A stretch of 53,755 nt of DNA, taken from contig JAJZJB010000001.1 in the NCBI GenBank assembly GCA_021810375.1, positions 1 to 53,755 of the forward strand, given 5' to 3'. The DNA is from Candidatus Micrarchaeota archaeon (GTDB lineage Archaea > Micrarchaeota > Micrarchaeia > Micrarchaeales > CABMGC01). The position numbers and the translations under genes were made by a program. Below, piece by piece: positions 36,350 to 45,347 of the stretch; positions within the stretch are counted from its first letter, which is position 1, and every line of letters begins with the position of its first letter. The notes beneath the pieces are model-generated. The model made no database searches. It worked only from the letters and a program-made list of their open reading frames with translations, and was not told the DNA's origin.

Positions 36350-37062
36350 GCCAGCACCATGAAGGTAAGGAGTATGGTTAATGTATTGACAAGTATGTGC
36401 GCTATGATCGATGGATATAGGGAATTGGTCCTCTTGTAGACATAACCAGCTAGCACTCCGAAAATGAGTGCGGCTATGACCTCTATGCCAAATGACGAGT
36501 TATAGGTCACGTGTCCCGCTGCGAAGATCAGTGCGCTCAGTATTATGCCTATCCTGGGCACGAGAAAACCCCTGAAGAGTATCTCCTCGTTTATAGGGGC
36601 TATGAGCGAGGTAAAGACGTAGAACCATACCGGGGCCGATGCGAAAAGCACATTGACATTGCTGTTTATCGGCGTGTTAGTAACTACGCTTATTATACCA
36701 ACAATCAACTCAAGCACGAAGATCGCTATGAAAAGGAGTACCCCGATGAGTATCCTGTTTATCCCGAAGACTCCTTTTCCCTTAAGCCCCACGCTTGCTG
36801 CAATGGAGCCAAGGCTCTGCTTCTTGTAGAATACGAAATAGCAGAGGACAGATAAGGAAAAAGACATTGAGAGAGTTGCGTCGGATACAAACATGAGCGA
36901 ATTATAGCTCATATATCCGGAGTAGTAGAAATAGAGCGCCGGAACCGTGAATATTACGTTAAGTACAAGGAATATGGCCAGAAAGACAATTATGCCAATG
37001 AACTTTCCGAAATAATCGGTTTTAGTTTTCCTCGCAGTCCTCTTGGCCAATGATTTCACCAA
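36346..37062 (-). CDS. CPBP-family intramembrane glutamic protease (CAAX protease/Abi)
   Basis: Multi-TM protein with PINEEILFRGFL, FAAGH and AHILVN. TTG or GTG start. Confidence 0.8.
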   Translation of the reverse strand: MVKSLAKRTARKTKTDYFGKFIGIIVFLAIFLVLNVIFTVPALYFYYSGYMSYNSLMFVSDATLSMSFSLSVLCYFVFYKKQSLGSIAASVGLKGKGVFGINRILIGVLLFIAIFVLELIVGIISVVTNTPINSNVNVLFASAPVWFYVFTSLIAPINEEILFRGFLVPRIGIILSALIFAAGHVTYNSSFGIEVIAALIFGVLAGYVYKRTNSLYPSIIAHILVNTLTILLTFMVLA

Positions 37063-37218
37063 TTACTTGCTGGGCTTCCATTCGGTATAGCCGCACTTCC
37101 CGCATGCTAGCCTGTCCTTGTGGTCTGCCATCCTGGCTCCGCACTTGACGCAGAACTTTGACGCGGGCTTATATGCCTTTGGCTTCTTTTTAGGTTTTTC
37201 CTGTGATTTTTCTGCCAT
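37063..37218 (-). CDS. rps27ae: 30S ribosomal protein S27ae (51 aa, below the ORF-track cutoff)
   Basis: My translation is [51 protein letters not shown]. It has a CxxC..CxxC zinc ribbon and the conserved position directly after S24e. Confidence 0.8.
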   Translation of the reverse strand: MAEKSQEKPKKKPKAYKPASKFCVKCGARMADHKDRLACGKCGYTEWKPSK

Positions 37219-37233
37219 GGATCATCACTTGTA

Positions 37234-37542
37234 TCAGGACTTTGCCGGTGCGGCTGCAGGAGCTGCCCCGGGCTTCGCCTTCTTTTCCTTCTCCTTCTTG
37301 GCAAACCTCTGCATAGCCTCCTTGCTTTTGTATGAATATGCCTTTACTTCGCTCGTCCTTACGCCATAATTCTGGTCTACGCGCACTATCTGGAACGTGT
37401 CCGGGCTCAGGTTGAGTTTCTTGCAGATGCCCTCGGCTATCTCCGCCTTTGTAGGCGTCTTGCCTTCATACACTGCATGAGCGGAGATCTCCCTCCTCTC
37501 GAAGAGCTTGTCTTCATGGTCATCATTTATAGTCAATTCCAT
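37234..37542 (-). CDS. rps24e: 30S ribosomal protein S24e with a Lys/Ala/Pro-rich C-terminal tail
   Basis: MELTINDDHEDKLFERREISAHAVYEGKTPTKAEI...YGVRTSEVKAYSY. Confidence 0.9.
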   Translation of the reverse strand: MELTINDDHEDKLFERREISAHAVYEGKTPTKAEIAEGICKKLNLSPDTFQIVRVDQNYGVRTSEVKAYSYKSKEAMQRFAKKEKEKKAKPGAAPAAAPAKS

Positions 37543-37546
37543 ATAC

Positions 37547-37951
37547 TTATGCACCTCCTACAACTCTTGAGATCGCCCGCTTGCCCATGCTCTCGAGTAT
37601 TTCCACTTCCGCGCCGGCCTTGAGCGACCCCTTGAGGTCTTCAGGTATCGTAACTTCAAACGTATCGTAGTTCTCCAGATCCATCAACTGCACAGTAGTA
37701 TCGGTCAGAGAGACTATCTGGGCTTTCTTCTTGGTAATTATTGGCACCTCGACATCTGCATGACTCGTGGCAAGCATGGTCCTCTTCTGGTTGTCGAACA
37801 CACCGACTGCGGTGATTCTTACCTTAGCAGCTCCGTGTTTTCCAGGCGACGAGAAGTCAAGCTCAACAACCTTGCAGGGTATACCGTCTATGAGGAGGTA
37901 CTTGCCTGGCTTGATGTCTTTCATCGATGAGTACATTATGTCTTCCGGCAT
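37547..37951 (-). CDS. Translation initiation factor 5A (aIF5A)
   Basis: KPGKYLLIDGIPCKVVE..SSPGKHGAAKVRI, containing the hypusine-site Lys. Confidence 0.95.
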   Translation of the reverse strand: MPEDIMYSSMKDIKPGKYLLIDGIPCKVVELDFSSPGKHGAAKVRITAVGVFDNQKRTMLATSHADVEVPIITKKKAQIVSLTDTTVQLMDLENYDTFEVTIPEDLKGSLKAGAEVEILESMGKRAISRVVGGA

Positions 37952-38118
37952 CTAACCATACCATCTTTTGAGCAGAATGCTCAAGATTATATGAATAGGA
38001 ATCATTATTAAATATACTCCCAGACTTACGTTATCTTGTTCTCAGAGAGAACCCATACATTCTTCTCGCGCGACAATCGTGGAAGCCAGGCTAACCGCGT
38101 GCATATTTTTCCAGGATC

Positions 38119-39153
38119 TCAGTAGAGCCTGTCGACTCCTTCCATAGCCATTGCAGCAGCGTGCTCCTTGTACTCCTTTGGGCTGCCGAATTTGGCCTTT
38201 ACTCCGGTGATTATGGACATGACGCGAACCTGGTCTGCAAGTTCCGGAAGCATGCGCGCTCCGAAAATCACATTTGCATCAGGAGCAAGGGCATCTGTAA
38301 CGCCTTCCCCGATCCTTGTTGCATCGCTTATGCTCAGGTTGCTTCCACCCACAACATGGATCAGGCCACCCTTGGCCCCTTCATAGTCAACATTGAGGAG
38401 AGGGTGTGTCCTTGTAGACCTTATTGCCTGCTGCACCCTATCCGCACCGCTGCCGGATCCAAGGCTTATAACTGCAGTACCCGTGTCCTTGACCACATTC
38501 CTAAGATCTGCAAAGTCCAGATTGATCAGGCTTGGCAGAGTTATTGTATCGGATATTCCCTTAACTGCGTTGCCGGTTATGTTGTCAACCAGCTCGAACG
38601 CCCTCTCGATAGGCAGGTTGGGCACGTATGAGAGGAGCTTGTCGTTCTCTATCACTATCGTGCAGTCAGCCTGCTTCTGGAGTTGCTCAAGCCCCCAGTC
38701 GGCCTTGAGCTTCCTGGACCTTTCAAGTGAGAATGGATAGGTTACTGTTGCTATGACCGTTGCGCCAAGCTCCCTTGCAACATTGGCCACCGTAGGTGCT
38801 GCCCCTGTTCCTGTTCCCCCACCCATGCCTGCGGCAACGAAGACCAGGTTGTAACCCTGAAGGGCTGCCTCAATCTCCCCGCGTGACATGTCAGCGCACT
38901 TTGCTGCAACTTCTGGAAATCCTCCGGCGCCAAGGCCGTTGGTTATCTCCTTGCCTATGAGTATCTTCTTGTGCGCCTTAATCATGTTCAAGTGACCTAT
39001 ATCGGTATTCACTGCCACGGTATCCGCGCTCTTTATATTGTGCGAAAAGAGCCTGTTCACTAAGTTACTTCCCTGTCCACCGACACCAACTACCGCTATT
39101 CTGGGTGTGAAGGCATCATAGTCGAATTGATTTTCTCCCATCCTGGTCACCAA
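38119..39153 (-). CDS. ftsZ: Cell division GTPase FtsZ (paralog B); an ATG at 39141 is an alternative start
   Basis: GVGGQGSN, GMGGGTGTGAAP, NTD and the C-terminal domain. Confidence 0.95.
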   Translation of the reverse strand: MVTRMGENQFDYDAFTPRIAVVGVGGQGSNLVNRLFSHNIKSADTVAVNTDIGHLNMIKAHKKILIGKEITNGLGAGGFPEVAAKCADMSRGEIEAALQGYNLVFVAAGMGGGTGTGAAPTVANVARELGATVIATVTYPFSLERSRKLKADWGLEQLQKQADCTIVIENDKLLSYVPNLPIERAFELVDNITGNAVKGISDTITLPSLINLDFADLRNVVKDTGTAVISLGSGSGADRVQQAIRSTRTHPLLNVDYEGAKGGLIHVVGGSNLSISDATRIGEGVTDALAPDANVIFGARMLPELADQVRVMSIITGVKAKFGSPKEYKEHAAAMAMEGVDRLY

Positions 39154-39212
39154 ATATGAAAAACGGCAGGCAAGATGCCTGCCTAATCATCTCATGAACT
39201 TGTCTTGCGAGA

Positions 39213-40259
39213 TCAAATGGTCTCTAGGCCGCTGTATGTGGGCTCCTTCTGCTCCTCAAACTTCCCTATGATGCTTGAGCCCTTCACGCCAGTGACTATA
39301 GCCACTATCTCAAGTTGGCCCTCGTATCCCGGGATTATTCTTGCTCCCCACTTGATGTTAGCCTTCGGATCCATGCGCTCTGTTATAACTTCACCAGCCT
39401 TTATGGCATCTCCCAACGTAAGGTCTGATGCACCGGATATGTGTATCAGCGCGCCTTTCGCATTCTCGAAGTCTACATCGAGCAGCTTGTTCTTGAGCAC
39501 TGCCTCAGCCGCAGACATCACCTTGTCGTTGCCCTTTCCGGTTCCGACAGAGATGAATCCCACGTCGCCGCTTCCCATTATTGAACGTACGTCAGCGAAG
39601 TCTATGTTTATCAGGCTCGGCTGCGTGATTGTCCAGACGAGTCCGCCTATTGCCTTTGCCAATATGTCGTCAGCCACAGCGAACGCCTCGTTCATAGGCA
39701 GGTTAGGCACAAGCTTTACAAGCCTGTTGTTGTCGAGTATTATTACGCTGTCAGCGTATTTCCTGAGCTTTGATATTCCCTCCTCGGCCTTGAGCTTCCT
39801 AACCCTTTCTAAGTCGAACGGGTATGTTACCATAGCGACAACTATTGCACCCTGCTCTTTTGCTATCTGGGCAACAACTGGCATCGATCCAGTACCTGTT
39901 CCTCCTCCCATGCCTGCGCATAGGAAGACAAGTTGCGCGCCATAGAGCACTTCTTCAAGCACCTGCCTGTCCACTTCAGCAGCCTTTGCTCCTATGTCAG
40001 GAGCGCCTCCGGCGCCGAGTCCGCGGGTTATGCTCTTTCCGATAAGTATCTTCTTTATCCTGTCGTCGATTATCTTGAAATGCTGTACATCGGTATTGAT
40101 TGCAACCAGGTCAGTGCCCTTGACTCCGACCTTGAGAAGCCTGTTAACGGTGTTGTTGCCACCGCCGCCGCATCCGATTGTCACTATCTTTATCTGCGGA
40201 GTGCCCGCAGAAGCATCCTCACTTTTTCCACCTAACAACTCGTTTGTAAAGTCTACCAT
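39213..40259 (-). CDS. ftsZ: Cell division GTPase FtsZ (paralog A)
   Basis: GCGGGGNNTVNRL, GMGGGTGTGSMPV and INTD. The ATG at 40259 is preferred over the TTG at 40280, given the TATA-like TTTAAATA at 40295-40302. Confidence 0.95.
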   Translation of the reverse strand: MVDFTNELLGGKSEDASAGTPQIKIVTIGCGGGGNNTVNRLLKVGVKGTDLVAINTDVQHFKIIDDRIKKILIGKSITRGLGAGGAPDIGAKAAEVDRQVLEEVLYGAQLVFLCAGMGGGTGTGSMPVVAQIAKEQGAIVVAMVTYPFDLERVRKLKAEEGISKLRKYADSVIILDNNRLVKLVPNLPMNEAFAVADDILAKAIGGLVWTITQPSLINIDFADVRSIMGSGDVGFISVGTGKGNDKVMSAAEAVLKNKLLDVDFENAKGALIHISGASDLTLGDAIKAGEVITERMDPKANIKWGARIIPGYEGQLEIVAIVTGVKGSSIIGKFEEQKEPTYSGLETI

Positions 40260-40508
40260 ACCGATCGCCCGGTAATGCAATTACAATCAATAGGTTTAAA
40301 TAGCTTTTGTAAATCTGCTGTTAGCGGAATGTGCTAAATTGCTAGGTTTTTCAGAGATTTTCCAGATTGGTTAGATTGCCAGATAACTAAACGGTAATTG
40401 CTTCTTAATGTATTTTGTAACTATGCAGGCATGTCGGCCGTATGTCGCAGAATAACAGTAGAAAAACTATTTATATGACGAAAAACCTTGGTATAGGTTA
40501 GTGGTAAG

Positions 40509-41051
40509 ATGAAGGCAAGATCAGGAATCAGGGCGAGGTCTGCGCTTAGCGGGCAGGAGATTGCAGAGCTTGCCGCACTGCAACGTCAGCTCAGGCGCAG
40601 CGACGTATTTGGCAAGAACAGGATCGCTATCATAAAGCGATGCGAAGAGATACGAGGACAGGGGCAGGGCTTAGCGTCACGTAAGGCCGCGCCGATCGCC
40701 AGCGCGGACCAGAACCAGGCAAGACAGATAGTTTCCTCGGCGGAGAGGCTTTTCAGGAACTATATGGCGCAAGGAGCACCACATAGGCAATTCGACGAAC
40801 TGGTGATCGCAGCATTCGGACTTGCAATGAGACCGCCAACAGAATGGAGATGGAACAGCAACGCTGGCATAAAGGAAGCCAAGAGGAGGGTAGCAGCGTT
40901 TGCGGAGAGAGAGGGACGACGCCCGGGCGAAGGCGAATTCGGGGGATTGCTCGGCCTGGGCGGCTTCATGGACATTTACAAGAAGGCCTTGGGCAGTGCT
41001 TATTCGTACGAGTCTATGATGATGGTGCTTTCGCGCATGAGTGTGGAATGA
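40509..41051 (+). CDS. Hypothetical Arg-rich protein
   Basis: 180-aa ORF with a TATA-like TTTATAT about 35 nt upstream. I recognise no family. Confidence 0.4.
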   Translation: MKARSGIRARSALSGQEIAELAALQRQLRRSDVFGKNRIAIIKRCEEIRGQGQGLASRKAAPIASADQNQARQIVSSAERLFRNYMAQGAPHRQFDELVIAAFGLAMRPPTEWRWNSNAGIKEAKRRVAAFAEREGRRPGEGEFGGLLGLGGFMDIYKKALGSAYSYESMMMVLSRMSVE

Positions 41052-41081
41052 TATTTATGGCTTTGATTCCAATGGCATATC

Positions 41082-41384
41082 ATGAGAACTGAAGAATTGG
41101 CCAGGCGCCTTGACTCATATCCATTGACCCCGTTTCAGAAGCGCGTGCTTAGAGTTGTTGCGAAGATTCCCAAGGGAAAAACTCTAACATACAAGCAGGT
41201 GGCTGCCCTGGCAGGAAAGCCGAATGCGTACAGGGCCGTCGGTACAGCCGTCAGGAATAATCCCCTGGCGCCAATGATACCCTGCCATAGGGTAGTCCGT
41301 GGTGATGGCATTGGGAATTACTCTGGAAAAGGAGGCCGCGCAGGTAAGATCAGGATGCTAAGGGCAGAGGGCGCGGTCACTTAG
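41082..41384 (+). CDS. ogt: Methylated-DNA-protein-cysteine methyltransferase, single (C-terminal) domain
   Basis: TYKQVAALAGKPNAYRAVGTAVRNNPLAPMIPCHRVV, with the PCHR active site. At 100 aa it lacks the N-terminal domain. Confidence 0.85.
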   Translation: MRTEELARRLDSYPLTPFQKRVLRVVAKIPKGKTLTYKQVAALAGKPNAYRAVGTAVRNNPLAPMIPCHRVVRGDGIGNYSGKGGRAGKIRMLRAEGAVT

Positions 41385-41817
41385 GCTCTTTCTGTGCTGC
41401 GCCTTTATCGGTAAGCTCAACCTCTATCCCGCCAACCTTGGGAGCGAGGAAATTGTATGCAAGCGCGCCAAACACTCCGGCTAGGAACCCCAATATTGCG
41501 AAGAGTATCGGCAATGCCACTATTGCAGCTATACCTAAGAGGCCGAAGATTGGGCTTGAGCCGAATATTGGAAGATTGGAGAATGAACCGAGCGATCCAA
41601 GCGACCCGGGTATCGATGCCGGCACAGCAAATGGCGATGCGGGTGATACGGCCCCGGAGGATATCGAGGATAAATTTCCTATAGAACCCAGAAGACCCTG
41701 GAAAATAAATGAAAAGGCAGCCAACGCCAAACCGTAAAGGAGCCCTACTATGGCGCCGGCTATGGCCATCATCTTGCCAGCAGATGTTGCTACTATCTTG
41801 CTTATCACAATTGCCAT
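41377..41817 (-). CDS. Gly/Ala-rich integral membrane protein, unknown function
   Basis: Several hydrophobic segments (AGKMMAIAGAIVGLLYGLALAAF, GLLGIAAIVALPILFAILGFLAGVFGALAY). Confidence 0.5.
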   Translation of the reverse strand: MAIVISKIVATSAGKMMAIAGAIVGLLYGLALAAFSFIFQGLLGSIGNLSSISSGAVSPASPFAVPASIPGSLGSLGSFSNLPIFGSSPIFGLLGIAAIVALPILFAILGFLAGVFGALAYNFLAPKVGGIEVELTDKGAAQKEPK

Positions 41818-41821
41818 GTGA

Positions 41822-43612
41822 TCACTTGTCCTCTACCTTTACCCTTTTCTGCATGCCATACATTTCTATTATCTCTTTTGTTGATGTAGCATCTTCGGGG
41901 CCCTTGTCCTCTCTTACGCCATCGCTAACTATCCTTGGGAACCTCAGCGCATATCCAGTCTCTCCCTCTTTTCCGCAGGTATGCATAGGCGACTTTGTAA
42001 TCTCGTCTGCCCTGACAGTAACCACGTAAGTGGGTTCGACCCAGAAGTCCGGGACAACAACCGCGTCGACGCGCGCGGGCTTGCCTGGCCTCTTTATCTT
42101 GTCAAGCATCCTCTTGAAGGACTTCATCTGCTCCTCGGAGAACCCGGTGCCAATCCTGGTTATAGTCTCGAACATGTCCCTCTTCTCGTTATATACTGCG
42201 GCCAGCAGTCCGCCGAATTGGAACTCGGCGCGGGAGCCTCTGCCCAGGTAGTATCCAACTATAACTAAATCAACGGTATCGGATAGTTCGCCCTTGTAGC
42301 TCCTTTTCAGCTTTATCCAGCCGAACTTCCTTGCTCCGGCAACATACGGCGCGTTGAGATCCTTGGCCACTATCCCTTCCAATCCTTCGGATATCTGCTC
42401 CTCGAAGTATTTCTCGAGCTCTTTCGGATTCTCCGCTATTATCCTTCCGGAAGGGATGATTGTCTTGCTTCCCTTTATAACATATTCGAGCTTCGCTCTT
42501 CTCTCGTGGTAGGGTTTCTCAAGGTAGTCTTCTCCGTCTAGATACATCAGGTCGAAGGCGAATAGGTGAAGGGGCATGGTCTCGCTGAACTCCTCTATCC
42601 CATGCTTCCTTTTCCTCTGTATGGTCTCCTGGAATGGCCTGAACTCTCCAGTCTCTTCGTTGTATGCTATAGCCTCGCCCTCTATTATCGCCCGCTCTGC
42701 CTTGACTTCGGACAGGGCTGCTTCGGCTATTTCAGGAAGCATGGGCGTGAGCTTCTCAAGGTTCCGTGAGAATATCTCGACTCTCTTCTTGCCCTTGTCC
42801 AGGTGCACCTGCGCCCTCAGTCCGTCGTATTTTGATTCGACGGCGCACTTGCCGTGCATCTTTTCGAGTATCTCCTCGGATGTTGGGAGTCGCTCGGCCA
42901 GCGCGGGCCGGATGGGATTGAAGACTGAGACCTTGACTTTCTCTATGCCCTTCATTCCCGACTCAGCAAGCACTTCGCCGACCTTCCCAAGATCGCCGCA
43001 TATGTTGTATGCGTTCTCGAGCAGTGCCTTGGATCTCCTTTCTCCTGTTGCCATTTTTGAGAGAGCCTCGAGTATCGTGGCGTCTCCGGCGCCCAGGCGC
43101 ACCTTCCCGAGCGCAAGCCTGATTATGTATCTGGCTTCCAAGGGGCTGGCAGATGCAAGGAGCGCGGCAATATTGCGGATCTTGGCCTCCTGGCTTCCTG
43201 AACCCGATGTTGAGGCTGTCTTCAACATCATCGCGAATACGTCGCGCACGCTCTGCTTCCTTGAACTCATTCTCTTGAGCTTCGTCTTCCTGGCAAGGCC
43301 CTCTGCAGTATTCCCGAGGTCTCCCGTCCTCTTCGCATCCGCCACTACTTCTTCCTTGGTGAACCCTGTTGCTGATGCTATTGCCTGTTGTGCGAACTTC
43401 TCTGCTATTCCGATCTGTATGCCCTCGAACGGAGGGCCGAGCAATCCCTGCGTCATGTAGATGAGCGGTCTCATCTCCTCCTTCTCTGCCTTGCCGAACA
43501 TTTCAGCAAGTATGTCTATCATTGATATCCTGGAAGTAACGGATTCTAGTTTCTCATAATACGATGCCGCATCCTCGAAGAGCATCAGACCACCATTACC
43601 TATTGCATGCAA
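41822..43612 (-). CDS. lig: ATP-dependent DNA ligase
   Basis: Adenylation motif AVESKYDGLRAQVH, then EGEAIAY, EGIVAK and the OB-fold C-terminus. Confidence 0.95.
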   Translation of the reverse strand: MHAIGNGGLMLFEDAASYYEKLESVTSRISMIDILAEMFGKAEKEEMRPLIYMTQGLLGPPFEGIQIGIAEKFAQQAIASATGFTKEEVVADAKRTGDLGNTAEGLARKTKLKRMSSRKQSVRDVFAMMLKTASTSGSGSQEAKIRNIAALLASASPLEARYIIRLALGKVRLGAGDATILEALSKMATGERRSKALLENAYNICGDLGKVGEVLAESGMKGIEKVKVSVFNPIRPALAERLPTSEEILEKMHGKCAVESKYDGLRAQVHLDKGKKRVEIFSRNLEKLTPMLPEIAEAALSEVKAERAIIEGEAIAYNEETGEFRPFQETIQRKRKHGIEEFSETMPLHLFAFDLMYLDGEDYLEKPYHERRAKLEYVIKGSKTIIPSGRIIAENPKELEKYFEEQISEGLEGIVAKDLNAPYVAGARKFGWIKLKRSYKGELSDTVDLVIVGYYLGRGSRAEFQFGGLLAAVYNEKRDMFETITRIGTGFSEEQMKSFKRMLDKIKRPGKPARVDAVVVPDFWVEPTYVVTVRADEITKSPMHTCGKEGETGYALRFPRIVSDGVREDKGPEDATSTKEIIEMYGMQKRVKVEDK

Positions 43613-43712
43613 ACATTATATTGGTTGCCTTGCCTTGGCTGTGACACGCTCTTGCAAGTGCCGGCTGCTGTTTCCCTTTTATACTTTGATTCTGCAATGC
43701 TATTGTGGTCCA

Positions 43713-44360
43713 TTGCTAGAGTACAATAGCTTAAGCATAGAGACTGGCAGCCGGGTCTACATGCCTGCAGAGGACTCCATGCTGGCAGCAAGGCTGGTCA
43801 GCGGGTACCTCGCAAGCGAGAAAAGGCGCGGCCTTGAAGCTATCGACATGGGCACAGGAACGGGAATACTTGGGCTGGCAATGGCAATGGACAAGCACGT
43901 CAGGCGTGTGAGACTTTCCGATATAAATCCAGATGCAGTTGACCTGGCTAGGCGGAATTACGAAAGGAACAAGGATAAGCTTCATGCATCATGCTTATTC
44001 TCTGTTGCTGACATGTTCCCGAGGGCAAATGAAAAGTATGATGTTATAACGTTCAACGCGCCGTACCTGAATAAAGAGGAGGGCGAGAAAGGAGAACTTT
44101 GGTGGGACGGAGGGAAGGAAGGCATTGAGGTATCGCTGCGCTTCCTGGAAGGCGCAAAGACGCACATCAAATCCGGCGGATCCGTATTCCTCGTTTACAG
44201 TTCCCTAGGGAATGAAGGGCAACTCCTCGAGGAGATAAATAAGCTTGGTTTCGTTATCTTGGAAACAAGGAGCGAGCACTATTTCTTTGAGGATATAAGA
44301 GTCTCAAGGATGGTTAGGGAGCCGATATCCCGCCGTGCCCTTTCCGAGGAAAGCGTATGA
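43713..44360 (+). CDS. HemK/Mtq2-like N5-glutamine (release factor) methyltransferase; start uncertain (TTG 43713 or ATG 43761)
   Basis: VYMPAEDSMLAA, DMGTGTGILGL and FNAPY (an NPPY-type motif). The conserved VY.PAEDS block spans the ATG, which favours an upstream start. Confidence 0.7.
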   Translation: MLEYNSLSIETGSRVYMPAEDSMLAARLVSGYLASEKRRGLEAIDMGTGTGILGLAMAMDKHVRRVRLSDINPDAVDLARRNYERNKDKLHASCLFSVADMFPRANEKYDVITFNAPYLNKEEGEKGELWWDGGKEGIEVSLRFLEGAKTHIKSGGSVFLVYSSLGNEGQLLEEINKLGFVILETRSEHYFFEDIRVSRMVREPISRRALSEESV

Positions 44361-44784
44361 CATTGGCTCGGGACAGCGATTCGTCGAGTTTATGTATCTC
44401 CCTTGCAAGGCCCTGCACTATGTCATGCCATGATACCTGCGCTTCGGGACGGAGCGGGGAGAATTTCGAGTGGAGCGAGAATATTTCCACTGCTGCACCC
44501 AAGGCGTCGGTCAGGGCGATCTTCTTTTCCCCCAAGTCGCTGGTCTCGTTTGCTATCTTAACAAACTCTGTGTACTCGGCGCGCTTCTTTTCTATTTTCA
44601 TATTGACTTCGCCGTTGCACTCGCCCAGCCATGCACTGCGCGTATCTGGCCTTTTCAATATAATGACCTTCGCAAGAGGAGCATCAGGTAAATCGGCTTT
44701 GTTGCCAGTTGAAGACTGCGCTGGTGCACGTGACCGGAATGGGAGTATCTCGGCCATCTGGGGGTTCTTGCGCAATAGTCCCAT
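44314..44784 (-). CDS. Hypothetical protein (cassette gene 5)
   Basis: 156-aa ORF. Its ATG overlaps the stop of the upstream ORF (TAATG). Its 3' end overlaps the convergent methyltransferase gene by 47 nt. Confidence 0.45.
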   Translation of the reverse strand: MGLLRKNPQMAEILPFRSRAPAQSSTGNKADLPDAPLAKVIILKRPDTRSAWLGECNGEVNMKIEKKRAEYTEFVKIANETSDLGEKKIALTDALGAAVEIFSLHSKFSPLRPEAQVSWHDIVQGLAREIHKLDESLSRANVIRFPRKGHGGISAP

Positions 44785-45152
44785 TATACACGCCTCATAG
44801 CGGCGAAGTCCATTTGCCCGCTCCTGTATGCCGCTTCTATGGCCTTGCCTGGATCCCCGCTGTAATAATCGTTAAGCATCTTCGAGAGCCCGTGCCGCCT
44901 GAATGCGGCCCTGCCGGGGGTCTTGCCTCTTGATGCAGATTCAACAATGACATTGCCGATAAGGCCTATACGCACACAGCTGTCCTTAAGATCCTCCTTG
45001 CTCGGCTTGCTGCCGTGGACTTTCTGCGAGAATCTTTTCTGGCGAACAACCATGAGGCATGCTTTTCTGCAATCGAATTCCGGAGCAGCCTGCCTGCCTC
45101 CGCTGATCAGGATTAACCTGCCACTAGGCCTTCCACGCGCCTTACGCTCCAC
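44784..45152 (-). CDS. Hypothetical basic protein (cassette gene 4), GTG start
   Basis: The GTG is preceded by GGAGGTG at a spacing of 6 nt. 122 aa, starting MERKARGRPSGR... Confidence 0.5.
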   Translation of the reverse strand: MERKARGRPSGRLILISGGRQAAPEFDCRKACLMVVRQKRFSQKVHGSKPSKEDLKDSCVRIGLIGNVIVESASRGKTPGRAAFRRHGLSKMLNDYYSGDPGKAIEAAYRSGQMDFAAMRRV

Positions 45153-45218
45153 TGTGACACCTCCATTTACGCTACTACTCCGTGTCTTTTAAGACTTTTG
45201 TACAAAAATCAGCGCGGA

Positions 45219-45347
45219 TCACTCGTCCTTGAACTTAACATTATCAGGAGCAGGCTTCCCGCATGCCTTGCAGTAGATGGTCTTGTCGCCTATGTACCTG
45301 CGGAACTCCTTGCTTCCGCACTCGCACACGTATGGTTCAGCCTTCAC
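45219..45347 (-). CDS. Small zinc-ribbon protein, 42 aa (cassette gene 3), below the ORF-track cutoff
   Basis: My translation is (V/M)KAEPYVCECGSKEFRRYIGDKTIYCKACGKPAPDNVKFKDE, with CxC..CxxC. The GTG overlaps the stop of the upstream ORF. Confidence 0.4.
   Translation of the reverse strand: MKAEPYVCECGSKEFRRYIGDKTIYCKACGKPAPDNVKFKDE

Noticed and set aside
37956-38118. Possible small RNA or terminator in the aIF5A/ftsZ intergenic region (GTTCTC-AGA-GAGAAC palindrome)
   Set aside because: It is a single 6-bp hairpin with a 3-nt loop and no adjacent T-tract or conserved boxes. That is insufficient to call a feature.
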